DNA of 63,826 nt, the filler included, from Rhabdomonas costata (lineage: Eukaryota), in NCBI GenBank assembly GCA_019059605.1. It is 35 parts of 35 records of this genome, joined end to end, with 100 filler letters (N's around TTAATTAATTAA, not from the genome) between each part and the next. Parts side by side here need not be neighbours in the genome. Positions count along the whole stretch, not along the records: positions 38,375 to 40,100 come from JAHMHO010010017.1; positions 40,201 to 41,926 come from JAHMHO010010018.1; positions 42,027 to 43,751 come from JAHMHO010010019.1; positions 43,852 to 45,576 come from JAHMHO010010020.1; positions 45,677 to 47,401 come from JAHMHO010010021.1; positions 47,502 to 49,227 come from JAHMHO010010022.1; positions 49,328 to 51,052 come from JAHMHO010010023.1; positions 51,153 to 52,876 come from JAHMHO010010024.1; 27 more parts are not named here. One strand, 5' to 3'. The notes under the pieces were generated by a model. It worked only from the letters and a program-made list of their open reading frames with translations, was not told the origin of the DNA and searched no databases. How positions within the stretch are numbered: position 1 is the stretch's first letter; the number at the start of each line of letters is the position of its first letter. Made by a program: the position numbers and the translations under genes. Shown in pieces: positions 38,275 through 51,370 of the stretch.

Positions 38275-39968
38275 NNNNNNNNNNNNNNNNNNNNNNNNNN
38301 NNNNNNNNNNNNNNNNNNTTAATTAATTAANNNNNNNNNNNNNNNNNNNNNNNNNNNNNNNNNNNNNNNNNNNNAAACACCTAACTGGTCGAGAAGTGTT
38401 GGGGACTGGGAAGTGCCGAGGGAAGAAATCCCCCATAGCGCAACTTCCCGCCGCACCAACAATTCCAGAACCTGCAAGCCACCCCATCCTGCCAGCAATG
38501 CTATGCAATGCGATGTCACGACAAGAAACATACAAAACCAAAAAAACCCCGAAATACAAAGAGAGAGGTCAGCAACCGCAGAGAGCAAAAGGCGAGCAAA
38601 GGTGTGTCGGCCTTCCCTCCCGAGTGCGCGTAGAATCCTCCCAACTGCGGCGGAGTTTCTCTCACAGAAAGCAAGAATGATCGCGAGGGGAGGGTGTTAC
38701 GAGATGGGTACGGCGACATTCAGAAACTTTTCAGCAGAGAGGCAACGAAAACTGCACCACCGCATAGGTTTGCACACGGAAAGGAAGAAGCGCGCGCTGT
38801 CTCTGTCCCACACAGTGGCCGTGAGGACGTGTGCGGGTGGATAATGGGGTTGCGACCCCACGGCAGGTTGCTGTCCGGGGACGCGGAAATGGCCGCCCAA
38901 CAAGCGGCGATGATTGGGAGTGGGGCCACCCCGCTCAGTTCGCTGCAAGGAAGATGGAACAGATGGAGCAGTTGCCCTTTCAAAAAGGGTAAACTGCGCA
39001 GGACATTGCACTACACATGAAACCGACAGGCCAAGTGCGGTTCGGCATGGGGAAAGCAATCTTACAATGGGCACACTTACATACGGCGGGGCGGAGCCCC
39101 CCCCCCCCGCAATTTACACGGGTTAAGGAGCCATGCACGGCGGGAGTACAAAAGGAAGCTATGCCGAATATTTTTTTATAGCATGAAAGGATAAATGGTA
39201 GTGCGATTGTACATGAGAACTTGACAAAAAAGCTCGACTCTGCCGTCCTGCTGTCTTGATGCAGCGCCATCATGTAAGACAATTTGGCCAAAATCAAAGG
39301 ATTCCCACGGGGATTTCCAAATGCCCTACAAGTTCATAATCACAGCCATAAAAAAAGCAGCATTCTGCGACGCATTGGGTAACATCATCACAAAAAAAAA
39401 TGGTTGAAGATGTCCCCTCCAAATTGTGGAAAAGTGTTCGCGTCTTGCCCATAAGGGCATGATTCATCCCACTGTATCAAAATCCCGACGTTATTCCAGA
39501 GGGTTTTAGGACGCTAAACTTGCGTGAGGTGAAGTTGCGAGAAGAGGCGATCCACCAGCGCCACAGGGCTGATACTAATGCTCAGCCTGACACACCCATC
39601 AGAGGTTCAAGCAATGCACCTGCCCAGAATTTACTGATCAGCAACATCGCTGCCACTTGGACGATCATAACTCTGACCCAACATGCCTTCAAAAATATTC
39701 ACCCGAAAACGTGCACCGCTCACACACAAGCCAGCCTGCAAAAGAAAATCGCTGAACAGGACATCCAAAGACACGGAGAGCACAATGGGCTCCAAGCAGC
39801 TTTGGGTGAACAACCACGAAAACGTCGATACCGATACGAGGAGAATGGTTGTTCAATTCGCCGCAGACTTGACCGTGGGTCGCATCGGAACGCCTCTTGG
39901 AGCCGAGAAGACAGACTGCCTCCCATATAAAAAGGAGGGTGTGGCCGACGCCAAAAACAAACAAACAC

Positions 39969-40082
39969 CGGTGCAGCAGTCGGACTGGGAGCAGGGCAGA
40001 GTGGTGCAGCTAGTGCTGGGGTCCTTCGCGGTGTACCCCGAGGGGCAGGTGTAGGGCGTAGGGCTCCCACAGGTTGGGTTCA
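39969..40082 (-). CDS. Single 114-nt phase 1-1 exon encoding a six-Cys module
   Basis: TTTCAG|TG...ACCG|GTGTTT; NPTCGSPTPYTCPSGYTAKDPSTSCTTLPCSQSDCCT. Confidence 0.78.
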
Positions 40083-40530
40083 CTGAAAAACCCCCACCCC
40101 NNNNNNNNNNNNNNNNNNNNNNNNNNNNNNNNNNNNNNNNNNNNTTAATTAATTAANNNNNNNNNNNNNNNNNNNNNNNNNNNNNNNNNNNNNNNNNNNN
40201 GGTGGGTGGTGGGCTGCAAGATCGATTCAGTGCATTGTGTGTCGTACCTGACCACATGGCAGTCGCGTGCCTTACTTTCTAACGTGGTGGTTGTTTCGGG
40301 TGCGTGCGCAAAACAAGAAAACAAAAAGGGAACATCTTTAGGTGGATGTCCTTTGTTCTGTCGTTCATACATTGAATGCGTGCGAGTATTAACAACTACA
40401 AGTTGTGCGAACAGCCGTAATTGATCAGCAAAAACTTCATTGCAATGAGCGGATGTGCATCGCTCCAAATCAACTTTCCCACTGCTGATCGGTATCGAGG
40501 ATAGAAGGAAGCGACCTTTTGCTTCCTCAG

Positions 40531-41452
40531 GGCCACCACTTTTACCTGTACGGGACCACACTGATCTACTTCCGGCCGTCTTTCTTCACCCCATGCTTCT
40601 CCGATGGACAGGAGGTGCTGCACCCTCTCGGCCTCACTCCCTGTGAAGTAGTAGCTTCCTCGTTTTCTGGTAAAAAAAAAGAGGTGCTGACGTTTCGCCT
40701 GGAATCTGAACCAGCTTTGGAGTCTTTTCGTTCCAGGGTATGATGCTCCCTCGAAAACCCATTCTACCTAATTTGAGTTTGTTGATGATTGGTTTGATTG
40801 GTTTGCCAGACTTCAATTTCGTAACTTTTGTATGTGGCTGTTGGGCGCTTTATTACCAGCGACGGCAGCTCTGCCGCTCTGCCCACCAAACTGTGTGTTG
40901 CCTGGTGTGGTGGCTGATGCTGTGTTTCAGCGAGTGGGTTTTTCGATTCAATCAGAAATAGGAGCTACTGTACTGCACACTGGTGAACGGAACCGGGAAT
41001 TAAGCCGTCAGCTTTTGTTGGACCGCTTTGCACTTTGGAGCCTTTAATTTAGTGTCATTTCGCACTTTTGATAAGTGGCTTACATGCAAACCTTGTCGAT
41101 CCCGTTTGATATTGAGTCGTACTCTTTTCCCGTTTGAACCTCAAGTGTTTTACGCACCAACTAATTGCGAGTGAGGGTGTGCGAGTGTATGTCCAAGTGA
41201 GGCCCGTGGATCAGGCAACAGGAGCCCTCTCGCACATAGGTTGCGCTGGGAAGCACAGTGAATTTCGGGCCCTGGGTGGTGACTACTGCCCTGGAGGAGG
41301 AGGCCCCGCCGGGCCAGCCGCCAAGGTTCTGCTGCTGCGCAGATGGCGCCCTGTCCACCGCGGCGAACGGCAAGTGCACGCACCGCTTGTTGCCATGGGA
41401 CGTCCTTAGCGGGGAGTTCACGTACACTCTGCCCACGGGAACCCCACTGATG
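40531..41452 (+). CDS. Two exons of a hypothetical protein (~40531-40614, ~41240-41452)
   Basis: GHHFYLYGTTLIYFRPSFFTPCFSDGQE|VALGSTVNFGPWVVTT...WDVLSGEFTYTLPTGTPLM; phase 0 GT-AG join. Confidence 0.55.
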
Positions 41453-42543
41453 GTCCACAGGCATGGGAATATGGCTGTTCATTGCGTGGTGTGCACAAAG
41501 GGGTGGGGGGCATATTTCACCCATCACCCTGTAGTTGTACCCCCTGGGTATTCGACCACCTCAAAAACCAGCGTCGCTCCGTAGCTCAGAATTGAGTCTG
41601 ACGCACCAGCAAAGATTCCAAGATACATTGTTGCTGGAGAGAACAGGCGTTCAGGACAGTGAAGGAAAGTTTCTTTTGCCTTGTTTCCGAATGAAATTGC
41701 TTGCTTCAGAAAAGGTCATGCTCTTTTACTCGAAGTCCTTCCCGCCGTCGCCATGATTGCCATTCTAGGAAGAAACATCCCAAATGCAGTTACCGTTTTG
41801 CTTGGAAAACGTGAATTATCTGAACCCTGAAAAAGAAAGCCGAAAATATTCTCCGGGCAATGTCAAGTGGTGTATTTCTGGATGCAGCGGAAGAAACCTG
41901 CGTCCCAAGCCCCTTCACAACCACCCNNNNNNNNNNNNNNNNNNNNNNNNNNNNNNNNNNNNNNNNNNNNTTAATTAATTAANNNNNNNNNNNNNNNNNN
42001 NNNNNNNNNNNNNNNNNNNNNNNNNNTGTGGTTTGTAGTGGTTGCGCTGACTTCTTCTATTTAGTCAAGCAGCATGAGGCGTCGCTTGGTTTGTGGGCAT
42101 GTCAATATGTGCCTTTTCCTGTCACGCGTCCTGTTTGTTTGTCATGGGTTGTGGACTGCGTTCTTCGTGTGGTGTTTCATGGAGAGAAGAACTCTTGGGG
42201 TGCTTTCTGGGAAACAGTCTTGAGTGCTATTCGCGCGTAATGCATTCACTAAGCCATAGAACTGGCGAACTCTCCACAGTGCACTTTACCGCACTTCCGC
42301 CATGTGACCCAGGGATTCGGTTATGTGTCTTCTGCTCGGAAAAAATGATGTCTTGGTTTTTAGCTTTTCTCATTTGTTTTTCGAAAAGGGGTAAATTTGT
42401 TTCCAAAGAACGTATTTTCAACAACCTGGCCCACCTATGTCAAAAACTGGAAGACAATTCATCACCGCATATGGAAAAGGCGCTTGGGGACACGCACTGT
42501 TTACGACCACACTATAACATCCTCACCAGGGTCCTCAGTTAAG

Positions 42544-43528
42544 GTATACCAAGTGCGTCTGCCCGTCTCTAAGTCTGTTGCTGCCTGCAAGACACGAGTA
42601 TTGGAAGTATTGGAGGCTCAAAAAGCGGTGAAGCGACTGCCATCATTCAACCCAAGTTTCCTATTTGAGTCAAAGCGATGTCGGTTATTTCCGCTGTTTC
42701 CCTCTGTCCTCAGTTTTGAATAAAAGTTCTTCGCGCCGGATGTCCACAGGCGAATGGAATATTGCCGGGAATTGAATCCCTTCGGCGTAGTCCGATATCA
42801 TCGTGCGGCACTCCAAATCGGCCGGACAGCATTGCACAATAAGTTGCCGAAAATCGAAATGGGACTTGGATTCTTTGCTCTTTTTTGTTTGCGATCATTT
42901 AACTTTCCTTTTTCCCTGGCAGGACACGAATATTTATGCAGGGCGTGAGGTAGCTGCAACCCTCCTCTCTCCCTTTTCTCCTTTCCGTTGGAAATGGCGA
43001 ACCTGTCTGGCTCCCCGCCCACTTCCCCAGTCGTTACAGCGAGTGCAGACAATGGGGCCCTCTCCCCGCAGTGGGGCGCAGGCTTTCGGCCCACGCCTCT
43101 GCTGGCGCGGAGCGGCTCCATTCGTGGTCGTAGCCCCTCCACCGTACCGGGACTGCCCGTGGGCCACCTGACGGTGGTGGATCTAGTCTTCGCGAGTACT
43201 CTGGCCCACCTCACCACACTCGCCGTGTGCGCCACGGCGTACTACAACTACGTATGAGGCACCTTGGTACCCTTTCCCGAAGAGAGGTGCAGAGAATGCT
43301 TAGGTGCAGCGCCTCGCTGTATGTTTGGGAACCGGGTTGTTCCCGGAGGGATGAAACTGCTCCTTTTCAAGCAAGCATTCCCTGCAACTTTTTCTCAGGT
43401 GGCCTTAAAATGGCCCTTTACGATGCGTGTCGATCGTGGTGTTCCGGTTCAACCCCGCGCTTTTTCTCCCTCTGTGAAGCTCTAATGTGTACTCTCTCTT
43501 CTCTCTGTCAGAGGTAGTGCCTTGCTGA
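42544..43528 (+). CDS. Multi-exon hypothetical protein, 3' part
   Basis: VYQVRLPVSKSV...AQKA|DTNIYAGRE|WGAGFRPTPLL...ATAYYNY|VALKWPFTMRVDR|EVVPC*; phase-consistent GT-AG introns. Confidence 0.55.
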
Positions 43529-43851
43529 TGACCCAACCACTCCACCATGGTCGAAACGCCTGTCCCTCCAGTAACGCATGAGATCATCTAGCTGCCAGCT
43601 GAGAGTCCACCTCTCGTTTATTTGGCTCTCGGGTTAGCTTTGACAGCTCCAGAGGCAACAAAAGACTTACTATTACTTGCTGGTCCACGTTTTGCCTGCC
43701 ACCCGTTTGCTTCAGACACCCCGGGCCTCCTTTGTGGCACTATTCGGGTTGNNNNNNNNNNNNNNNNNNNNNNNNNNNNNNNNNNNNNNNNNNNNTTAAT
43801 TAATTAANNNNNNNNNNNNNNNNNNNNNNNNNNNNNNNNNNNNNNNNNNNN

Positions 43852-45305
43852 GGTTGTGGTGGGGTCCCCGCGGGATGCCATCCCGAGGCGGAGGGAGGCG
43901 CCAGCCCGGTCAGCCCATAGCTCGGAGCCTGCCTGTATACGAACATCAAATGCGCACGTGCTCATGACACGCCAAAACAGCACAAACACACGGAAGGGGG
44001 GGGGGTGAAAAGCGAGCAAAACACGCACTACGTGCACAAGGCACTGCCTTTGGGATAGGTCTTTTCTACCTCCAGCGGGCTTATAGTGCAGAATGCACAC
44101 ACACACGGAACGACGCCGCAAGTGATGCGACGGTGGGGTTGTTTTTATCATTGAATTCGAGTGCCTCACAGACCACAAAACAATTCATTCTCCTTGAACG
44201 GAGACTATCAAGAAAGATGAAGTGAGGAGACCCAGGGTACAATGCTATAAGGTATGCTGCAACCCCAAACTCAGAGATAATTGCTTCGGTGAAGCCACAC
44301 CTGAAAAACACGGGTTCTAAGTTAATCATGTTACCAACTTTGGAGGATACAACCGTTGTACAAAAGTAAATCGACAGTGGCCGCAGTGAGAATGCAAGTG
44401 AGTAACGCGGTTGGTCGCATCCCTTTTGCTAATTGAACGTCCAAACACCAAGAAGTGAGATGTGGGAACGCCCACCTGCTTCCATCCTCCGGGGGCAGCA
44501 AAGAGGACTGCTGCTCCGCAAAGCGTGAGCCCTGAAACCACACCAGAACACATAAGGCCGAGAGCCAAAGCCAGAGCCACCCATACCACCAGCGTAGTTC
44601 AAGTCATACAGTATGGAAAAGAAGCACCACAAAGTTGAGAGGCGAAATCTCAAGAAATAGCTTGGGGACGTGAAAGCCACGCGTCCCTTATGGTAATTTG
44701 CCTGTCATTTGCTACTACAGTTGGATACAATCCCTGACATGGATGTGAGACTACTGACCACCAGATTCCAAAAAGGGATCCGTTTACAGCAGTGCGGTTT
44801 ACAGAAAGTTCCCATTCAACAGGCATCACATATCAGAGGGAGATCAGCTAAAAGGGAACCCCCAGGTCTGAGGTGTCTTTGACAACGGACGAGATAAGAA
44901 GAATGGCTTGACAACTGAGAATCCGAAGCACTCTTGACCGCGCTGGAAGGGAAATAAAGAAACACCATGTGGAACTTCCAAAAATGAAATTTCCATTTTT
45001 TCTCGCGCGTTTTCGGAGAGGAATTTCCCTTTTTATGATTTCATGTTTTCGCATACGCAAAGAAATGAAGGTATGCGCGGTGTGCCACGGAGTTACGTGG
45101 GACATAGGGGATGGGACATGGAAATGGATGGGATGTTCGAACCAGCGTGTTCCACGGGCGGCCGTAGGCCCAGCGGTGGCGCAAAGAGGGCAGCCAGCTG
45201 AACGCTGCGAACGCCAACCCGGCCATCAGCAGCACCCCCAGAAGCACAGCCACCTCCTTCCCAGCGCCCTGCTCAGGGGTTACGGGATGGATCTCGTAGT
45301 GCTTC
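43852..45305 (-). CDS. Exons of a hypothetical multi-pass membrane protein
   Basis: KHYEIHPV...EVAVLLGVLLMAGLAFAAFSWLP...PWNTL and GLTLCGAAVLFAAPGGWKQ, bounded by AG/GT; full chain not resolved. Confidence 0.45.
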
Positions 45306-45756
45306 TGGACGCGGGTAGGACAACGCACACATTGAAACAAGGCTCTCACGACGCTCAGTTACGAAAGTGTAACACAGAACTGTTACTACCGCCCATCGAC
45401 CGAAACGACAAAAGCAGGCCAGCGCTGTTGTCCGTCCAATTTTACAAAAGTTTGGATTGTTTATCGAAGCGGTGCAAATCGCTCTTTCCCCCAAATTGGT
45501 GAAGAGACTTTTAGAGACCTCACACAATAAAGCGAGTCACAGTTAAGGAGGAAGAAGCCAGCAAAGAACAGAAGGCNNNNNNNNNNNNNNNNNNNNNNNN
45601 NNNNNNNNNNNNNNNNNNNNTTAATTAATTAANNNNNNNNNNNNNNNNNNNNNNNNNNNNNNNNNNNNNNNNNNNNGGGGTTGTGGAATTGGTGCTGATG
45701 CTATCGTCCGTTCTGGTCCGAAAAGGTTGTCCTAGGTGTTGCCCGTTTGGTTGCAG

Positions 45757-47389
45757 ATATCTTTTGATGACTCGGACCTCAACAATATCATCGCGGAGCA
45801 GATCCCCATCACCGTAGAACGCAAGGGCTCGGGGGACAGCTCGGCGGCCTTCATCATCCCCGTCATTCTCAAGCTGCCTGGTCCCGCAGACATCATGTAC
45901 AACCAGGTTGAATGGCGCAAGCCCTCTGTGTTATGTTGGGGATGAATTCTCGCACCCTTTTCTTCGTGGGCACTTGGAGGTCACTTTCCCTTTGAACGCA
46001 CGTCACGAGATTGCTGCATCTTTTGCTTAAGGGCTGAGATTTTTATGATTGTTACGCTTTGGCCACGTTTTGTTTGCCACTCTCCGTCTCCCGATCGTAT
46101 GTGTCAATGGCAGGCTCCTGTTCCTGCGGGACCTTGTTTTTGTCAGGTTGGCCTGCGGGAGTATTTCTTGTCACTGAGCGAGGCGGACACCGCCGCCCTT
46201 GTGGAGACCCACCCCTGTCCGTTGGGCGCTGCCCCGCTGGACTTCCTGTTCCACGTGGGAGTGCGCAAGCTGATCACGTGCTCCGCGATGCTTGCAGCCG
46301 CCCCTTCCGCCGCGGCGAGGAGGGGCACAGAGCTTTATCACGGTTAGTTCCGCCACCCTGTGCTGTCAACTCGACCCTTCAGTCACTTTCATTCTCCGGT
46401 GCCTTTGTGCTCATTGCTTTAATCTGTAATGGCTGAAGGGATATGCAGAACCTATGGTGTGCGACCCCTTTTTGGTGTTTGACGGATCTCGTACCGTGCC
46501 CGCATTTGTACCAAGCTGTTCAGCGCAAATGTGGCATTGCTTTTCCCACGAACAGCCTGTCTCAGCATAGCGAGATGGTCTGGAAGATGGCAAAGGGAAG
46601 GATGTGGGTATGTGTTCACAGGGGAGGTGGAGGCTCAAGGCCTCGCCGTTGCAGGGCCCCCACCGTTCGTGAACCACCCGTTCTTCTCCGTATTCATCTC
46701 GTGGCTGGAGAAGTCCACGTCGATCCTGGACGCCCCCCAGGTGCCCGTGTTCGCTCTGTGCGTCTGTGTGGGATGTTGCAGTGTGGTTTACATCCTCGCA
46801 TTTGCCGGACTTTGCCTGGCACCCTTTCCTGCGTTTCTTTGGGCTACAGGCTCGGGCGCCCGAGTTCCTGTGCTTTGTCGGGAGGTTCAACCCCTCCGCC
46901 TTCGGGCTGTTGCTCTCCAAGGCCAACACCGTCCACCAAACCTCCGCCCTGCTGGAGCTCTTGCTGGCCTCTCTGGAGGTGCGTGTGATTTGTAGGCGGT
47001 TGGTGATTGGTGGCTTCTAGATGGGCTGTAAAGCCGCTGTATGCGCCCTTGCCTGTTGATTAGCTGGGCACGTGACCTGTCTCTGTCTGTCTGTGCAATT
47101 ACCTGTGTGGTCTGATTTCTGTCGTTGTGTCTTTTTGTTTACAAATGTCAAAAGTAGGAACCCATGATTACAGATTGCGTGAAAGATAGGCAATGATTCA
47201 TGCAAATATAGATACTGAGAGACAGACTGTAAGCAAGGGCTTTTCATTGTAAGTTCAACAACAGTGTTCTTTGCAACCGAGTGACATCAACATATATCTG
47301 CATTACTCTGTATTTTTGTGTACCTTGTGTGCTGCCAGGACCGTGGCTTGGACGTGGTCTCTGCGGAGGGCTTCGTGGCGGCACACAAG
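45757..47389 (+). CDS. Five exons of a hypothetical protein (45757-45906, 46147-46342, 46622-46740, 46850-46978, 47339-47389)
   Basis: Phase-consistent GT-AG chain with GC3-rich codons; family not recognised. Confidence 0.7.
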
Positions 47390-47545
47390 GTACACAAAAA
47401 CNNNNNNNNNNNNNNNNNNNNNNNNNNNNNNNNNNNNNNNNNNNNTTAATTAATTAANNNNNNNNNNNNNNNNNNNNNNNNNNNNNNNNNNNNNNNNNNN
47501 NTTGTTGTGGGCACGATGAGGAGGAGGAGAGGGGTGAGGAGTTAC

Positions 47546-48852
47546 CTCATTTTGTACAGGTGGGCAGGAGATAGTACCCAACTGTTCATGATACACTTTG
47601 CTGCTGTTGTCATGCGGAAGTTCTTTTCACTGATGACGACCTTTTTTGCTCTGCGTTTTTTCATTTGCGCGCGCGTGAGTGGAAACTCGAGTGTAAATAC
47701 CCCTCTCAAAAGAGAGGTCATGGAAGTAGTCATGGAAGGCATCCGGCGTGATGAGTGCCTGGTTTTTCACATCTCTCACTACCTCTCGCGCAACGTGTGA
47801 GAATCAGGGTATGGAGGCGGTTGGGTTGGCGGGTGGTATGGAGTTCCAAACCTCCTTCGGGGGCACAATCTTCTTCAGCTTCTCGTGGTGGCCCCCGTCA
47901 TCCTCCTCCTCCTCATCGCCCTCATCGTCGTCATCGCCACCCAACAAGCCAGGCTACACATCCACACAGGGCAGATAGACACCGCAACCCCTCTACTCGA
48001 GTCAAGCGGTCAAGACCTAACTTACTTTGATATGGTATTTATCACACATGTTCACTGGACCCATACACAGCTCAGCGCCGGCCCTGAGAGCAGTGCGACA
48101 CGTTGGAGCTCATCCCAGGCGCGCATTAGAAACATGTCAAAAAGTGAACGTCCCCCAAACAAAGGAGACGACCCAAAGGGTGGTAACCAAATACTACCAC
48201 TAACGGACCATATGTAGGAGCCACATTATTCCGAGGCTCCTAATGCCCAAAGCGTGGATGCCTTTTTTTTTTTTGGCCATGACCGGCACTGGAGATGCAC
48301 AGACCGAACCTTTTGTTCTTTTTTCTCGCCTCGCGTGCACGCTTGAGTGACGAAAGAACGACCACAACAAAAAAAGAGGCTTTCGATGCACGACGGGTCT
48401 TTGGCGCATACACGTACCGGAAGACGAAGCTGCCGAAAGGCCTCTCCGGTGAACCAATCTGCACCCCACCCACAGCGCAGCACAAGACAACCGAACTGCA
48501 GGCCTTACCTGCACCCAAAACCTTGGCAAAGGTCCGCTTCTGCAGAAGGGATGGAGCCAATTTCACGGGAATCCGGCATTTTCTGGGGAAGAAGAACATC
48601 AACCAAAGGGATAGTGTTGCACAAGGAAAAAAGCATTTTACGCCAACCTGCAACCTGCTCGCACGAAACTCGAAGAGAAAAGGAAAAAGAATGATCTTGG
48701 CGACGGGTGTGCAGAGGGAGTGGGTTGGCGTTTGTCACGCGGCAGTTGGAGAAAAAGGAACAGAGGCACCCACCGACGGCATTGGGGATGATGTGGTCCT
48801 TTATTGTCCGTCCCACCTCGTAGTCCTGCTCAATCTTGTCTTCCAGCTCGTC
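47546..48852 (-). CDS. NAP1: Nucleosome assembly protein (NAP1 family), 3' part; exons 48852-48774, 48458-48418, 47953-47852, possibly 47581-47546
   Basis: IEQDYEVGRTIKDHIIPNAV|DWFTGEA followed by the acidic tail DDDDEGDEEEEDD. Confidence 0.9.
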
Positions 48853-49145
48853 CTGCCCAAAGCATTGGCCGGAGGTGATGACGGTGAGGTGAAGGCGGAT
48901 CAAGCCGATCCTAGCCTGTACTTCACTTGAAACCTGAGAATCTGGGACCCTCTCGGACATGGCGCCAAGAAAAGAAAACTCAACGGATCTGCTGGCTTAA
49001 TTGCCGAAATTGGAGAGCCCACTTCAAAGCAAAAGAAAGGCAATTACAACGTTGACGAAAAGAAAACACGGACTTGACTTGGCCCAGTTTTATGTTAAAT
49101 TGGGTCGGTTCTGATCTTCTGATCTTTTGTTGTTCTGATGGAGTA

Positions 49146-49222
49146 TGTTGACGACCTCCCCCCCCCCATCCTGTTGACGCACGTCTGTACTAGAACGAAT
49201 GGGGGGGGGGAGGTCGTCAACA
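49146..49222. repeat. Perfect 24-bp inverted repeat with a 29-nt spacer
   Basis: TGTTGACGACCT(C)10AT (49146-49169) and AT(G)10AGGTCGTCAACA (49199-49222). Confidence 0.93.
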
Positions 49223-50426
49223 CACACNNNNNNNNNNNNNNNNNNNNNNNNNNNNNNNNNNNNNNNNNNNNTTAATTAATTAANNNNNNNNNNNNNNNNN
49301 NNNNNNNNNNNNNNNNNNNNNNNNNNNTTTTGGTGTTGCCATCTGGATACACTCGGCGTGAATTAACTTTTTTTAATCGAATTTTCGAGTCTCAAGACCC
49401 TCTTTTGGAACTTTGATTTCAGCATGTTTATGCAGAAAGTCGGGTTTTTTACAACCAAAAAAGCCCCGTTTTCGAGCCCCACGAGGTCAACTGAGAATGG
49501 CATACAAAACGGTAGTAGAAACCCAATCAATTATTTGCTCTGAGGTCGGGTGCAAAAAACCGCTTTCTGGGACGTTTTTGATCAGTTTTTGGGTGGCTTG
49601 CACTGATTTTCGGTTGATTTTCGCACCCCCCCCCCAAAAAAAAATCGACAAAACTTTCGATTTTGGAAGTCGCGAGTAGTGAATAACTGCTTTTTGCAGT
49701 TGCGTGGTTTTCACCGGTATTTTCAGGCTGGATTCCTACTTCTTGTCGTTTAGGGCGCTTTGATAATCTTTTTGCTTTTTCAGGCTCTGCCGGGGAGCTA
49801 CAATTTGGCAGGGGACCCTCTGGGTCCTCAACGCGGTTGTTACGGGTGGGCACCTGGTGGAATGTGTCTGGTGGGTAGGATCATTAGGCACCAGCTCAGC
49901 GCTGCTGCTATGGTGGGAGTGCGTGTACTAAGGTAACAGACACATGGGTTGATGCGATGCCCGGAAGGGGTGGAGAAATGCTGGTAATGATACCCATGAT
50001 GTATTCCTACTACAAATGGCTCCACTTCGCGGCCCATGCTTCGTGACCTTAAGCCCAAATGTATGCTGAGTACATGCTCTGTCGGGGAGGCCGCCGACCC
50101 GTCATCCTTGTTGTTGGTCCTATCCCACTCATTGCTGGGCGAAAATGGTGAACCCGATGCTTCTTTCAGAAACTTCAGGAAAAGGGAACACAATGGTTGA
50201 GCGCAAGGTCAACGGGAGGGCTGCGGGTGTCGACACAAAAAACGCAGCTACGAGAAAATCGCTTGGTGCAGTTTCAAGAAATTTCTTTTAGTAGCCAACC
50301 CTACTTTTTCTGGTTACTGTCGTCTGTTAAAATGCGTTTGTGAACGGCGCACAATGTCCGGAGGGGGCGTTATCTGTTTTGTTTGGTTGATACCAGCACC
50401 TTTCCCTGCCATAATGTTACGTTAGA

Positions 50427-51052
50427 ATGCAACCACTGCATGTTTCCGTGTGTGTCCACCAGCCTCCAGGGCAAAGCCCTCTGAGCTCGGCTGATGGAAA
50501 GCTTGTCCTTCAAGCCCCGGTATCCTCGGGAAGGGATTCGCGATCCTTTCTTTTCCACCAGCTCTCAATAGGAGACCCGTCCGACCCCGTGAAGGCTGAC
50601 AAGCTTCATGTGGAACTCGCAGAAGGTGTTACTGAAAAGGTCGTCCAAGGCCTTAGCTCTTGCCTTTGGGTCTGTTCGACGGGACCCGACCCCTCGGGCT
50701 TGTTCTCTGGTACGGGTTCCCTGATAGAGGCCATTTGCGTGGCGCTTTTTCGAAGAATCGGGGACCGCCAGAAGGCTATGGTTACCTCAGACACCTCAGC
50801 GTTTCGAGTGGGCGTCTCTCTGCTCGAGCTCCGTGGGGTTAATTTGATTGACCTTTTGGACGGGGGCAGCCCGATCAACGCCAACGGCTTCAAGACGAGC
50901 TTTCAGCCCGTGGTTCTCCCTCCTGACGCCACTCAGAAGTTTGTCACCAGTCCCGACCAAATGCAAACCCTCATCACGCAAGCCCTCGGCAGCCACAACC
51001 CCAACCCCACCGCCGAAGGGTGTCCACACACCCACCCAAAAACACCCAACAA
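50427..51052 (+). CDS. Divergent kinesin-motor-like protein with degenerate P-loop, N-terminal fragment
   Basis: Kinesin-like segments in order: LHVSVCVHQP, RSFLFHQL, VTEKVVQGLSSCLWVC, GSLIEAICVALFRRI, FRVGVSLLELRGVNLIDLL, FVTSPDQMQTLITQA. Confidence 0.7.
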
Positions 51053-51370
51053 NNNNNNNNNNNNNNNNNNNNNNNNNNNNNNNNNNNNNNNNNNNNTTAA
51101 TTAATTAANNNNNNNNNNNNNNNNNNNNNNNNNNNNNNNNNNNNNNNNNNNNGGGTGGGTGGTGAAATCCTCTTCTGTTGGGTTGATGTCGGCATCATGT
51201 TGGTTAACTGTCTCAACTGCGATACATATGACGATCTCCCCGGTGCTGGGGTTGAACAACTGTGCCTGCTGACTCAATGCCTTTGCGTGTACATTCGATT
51301 TTGCTGTGCGCTGTGAACATGTGTGAACAGGGTTTCCGAGGTATTGTGGGAGCTCTTTGTTCTGCTGCGC

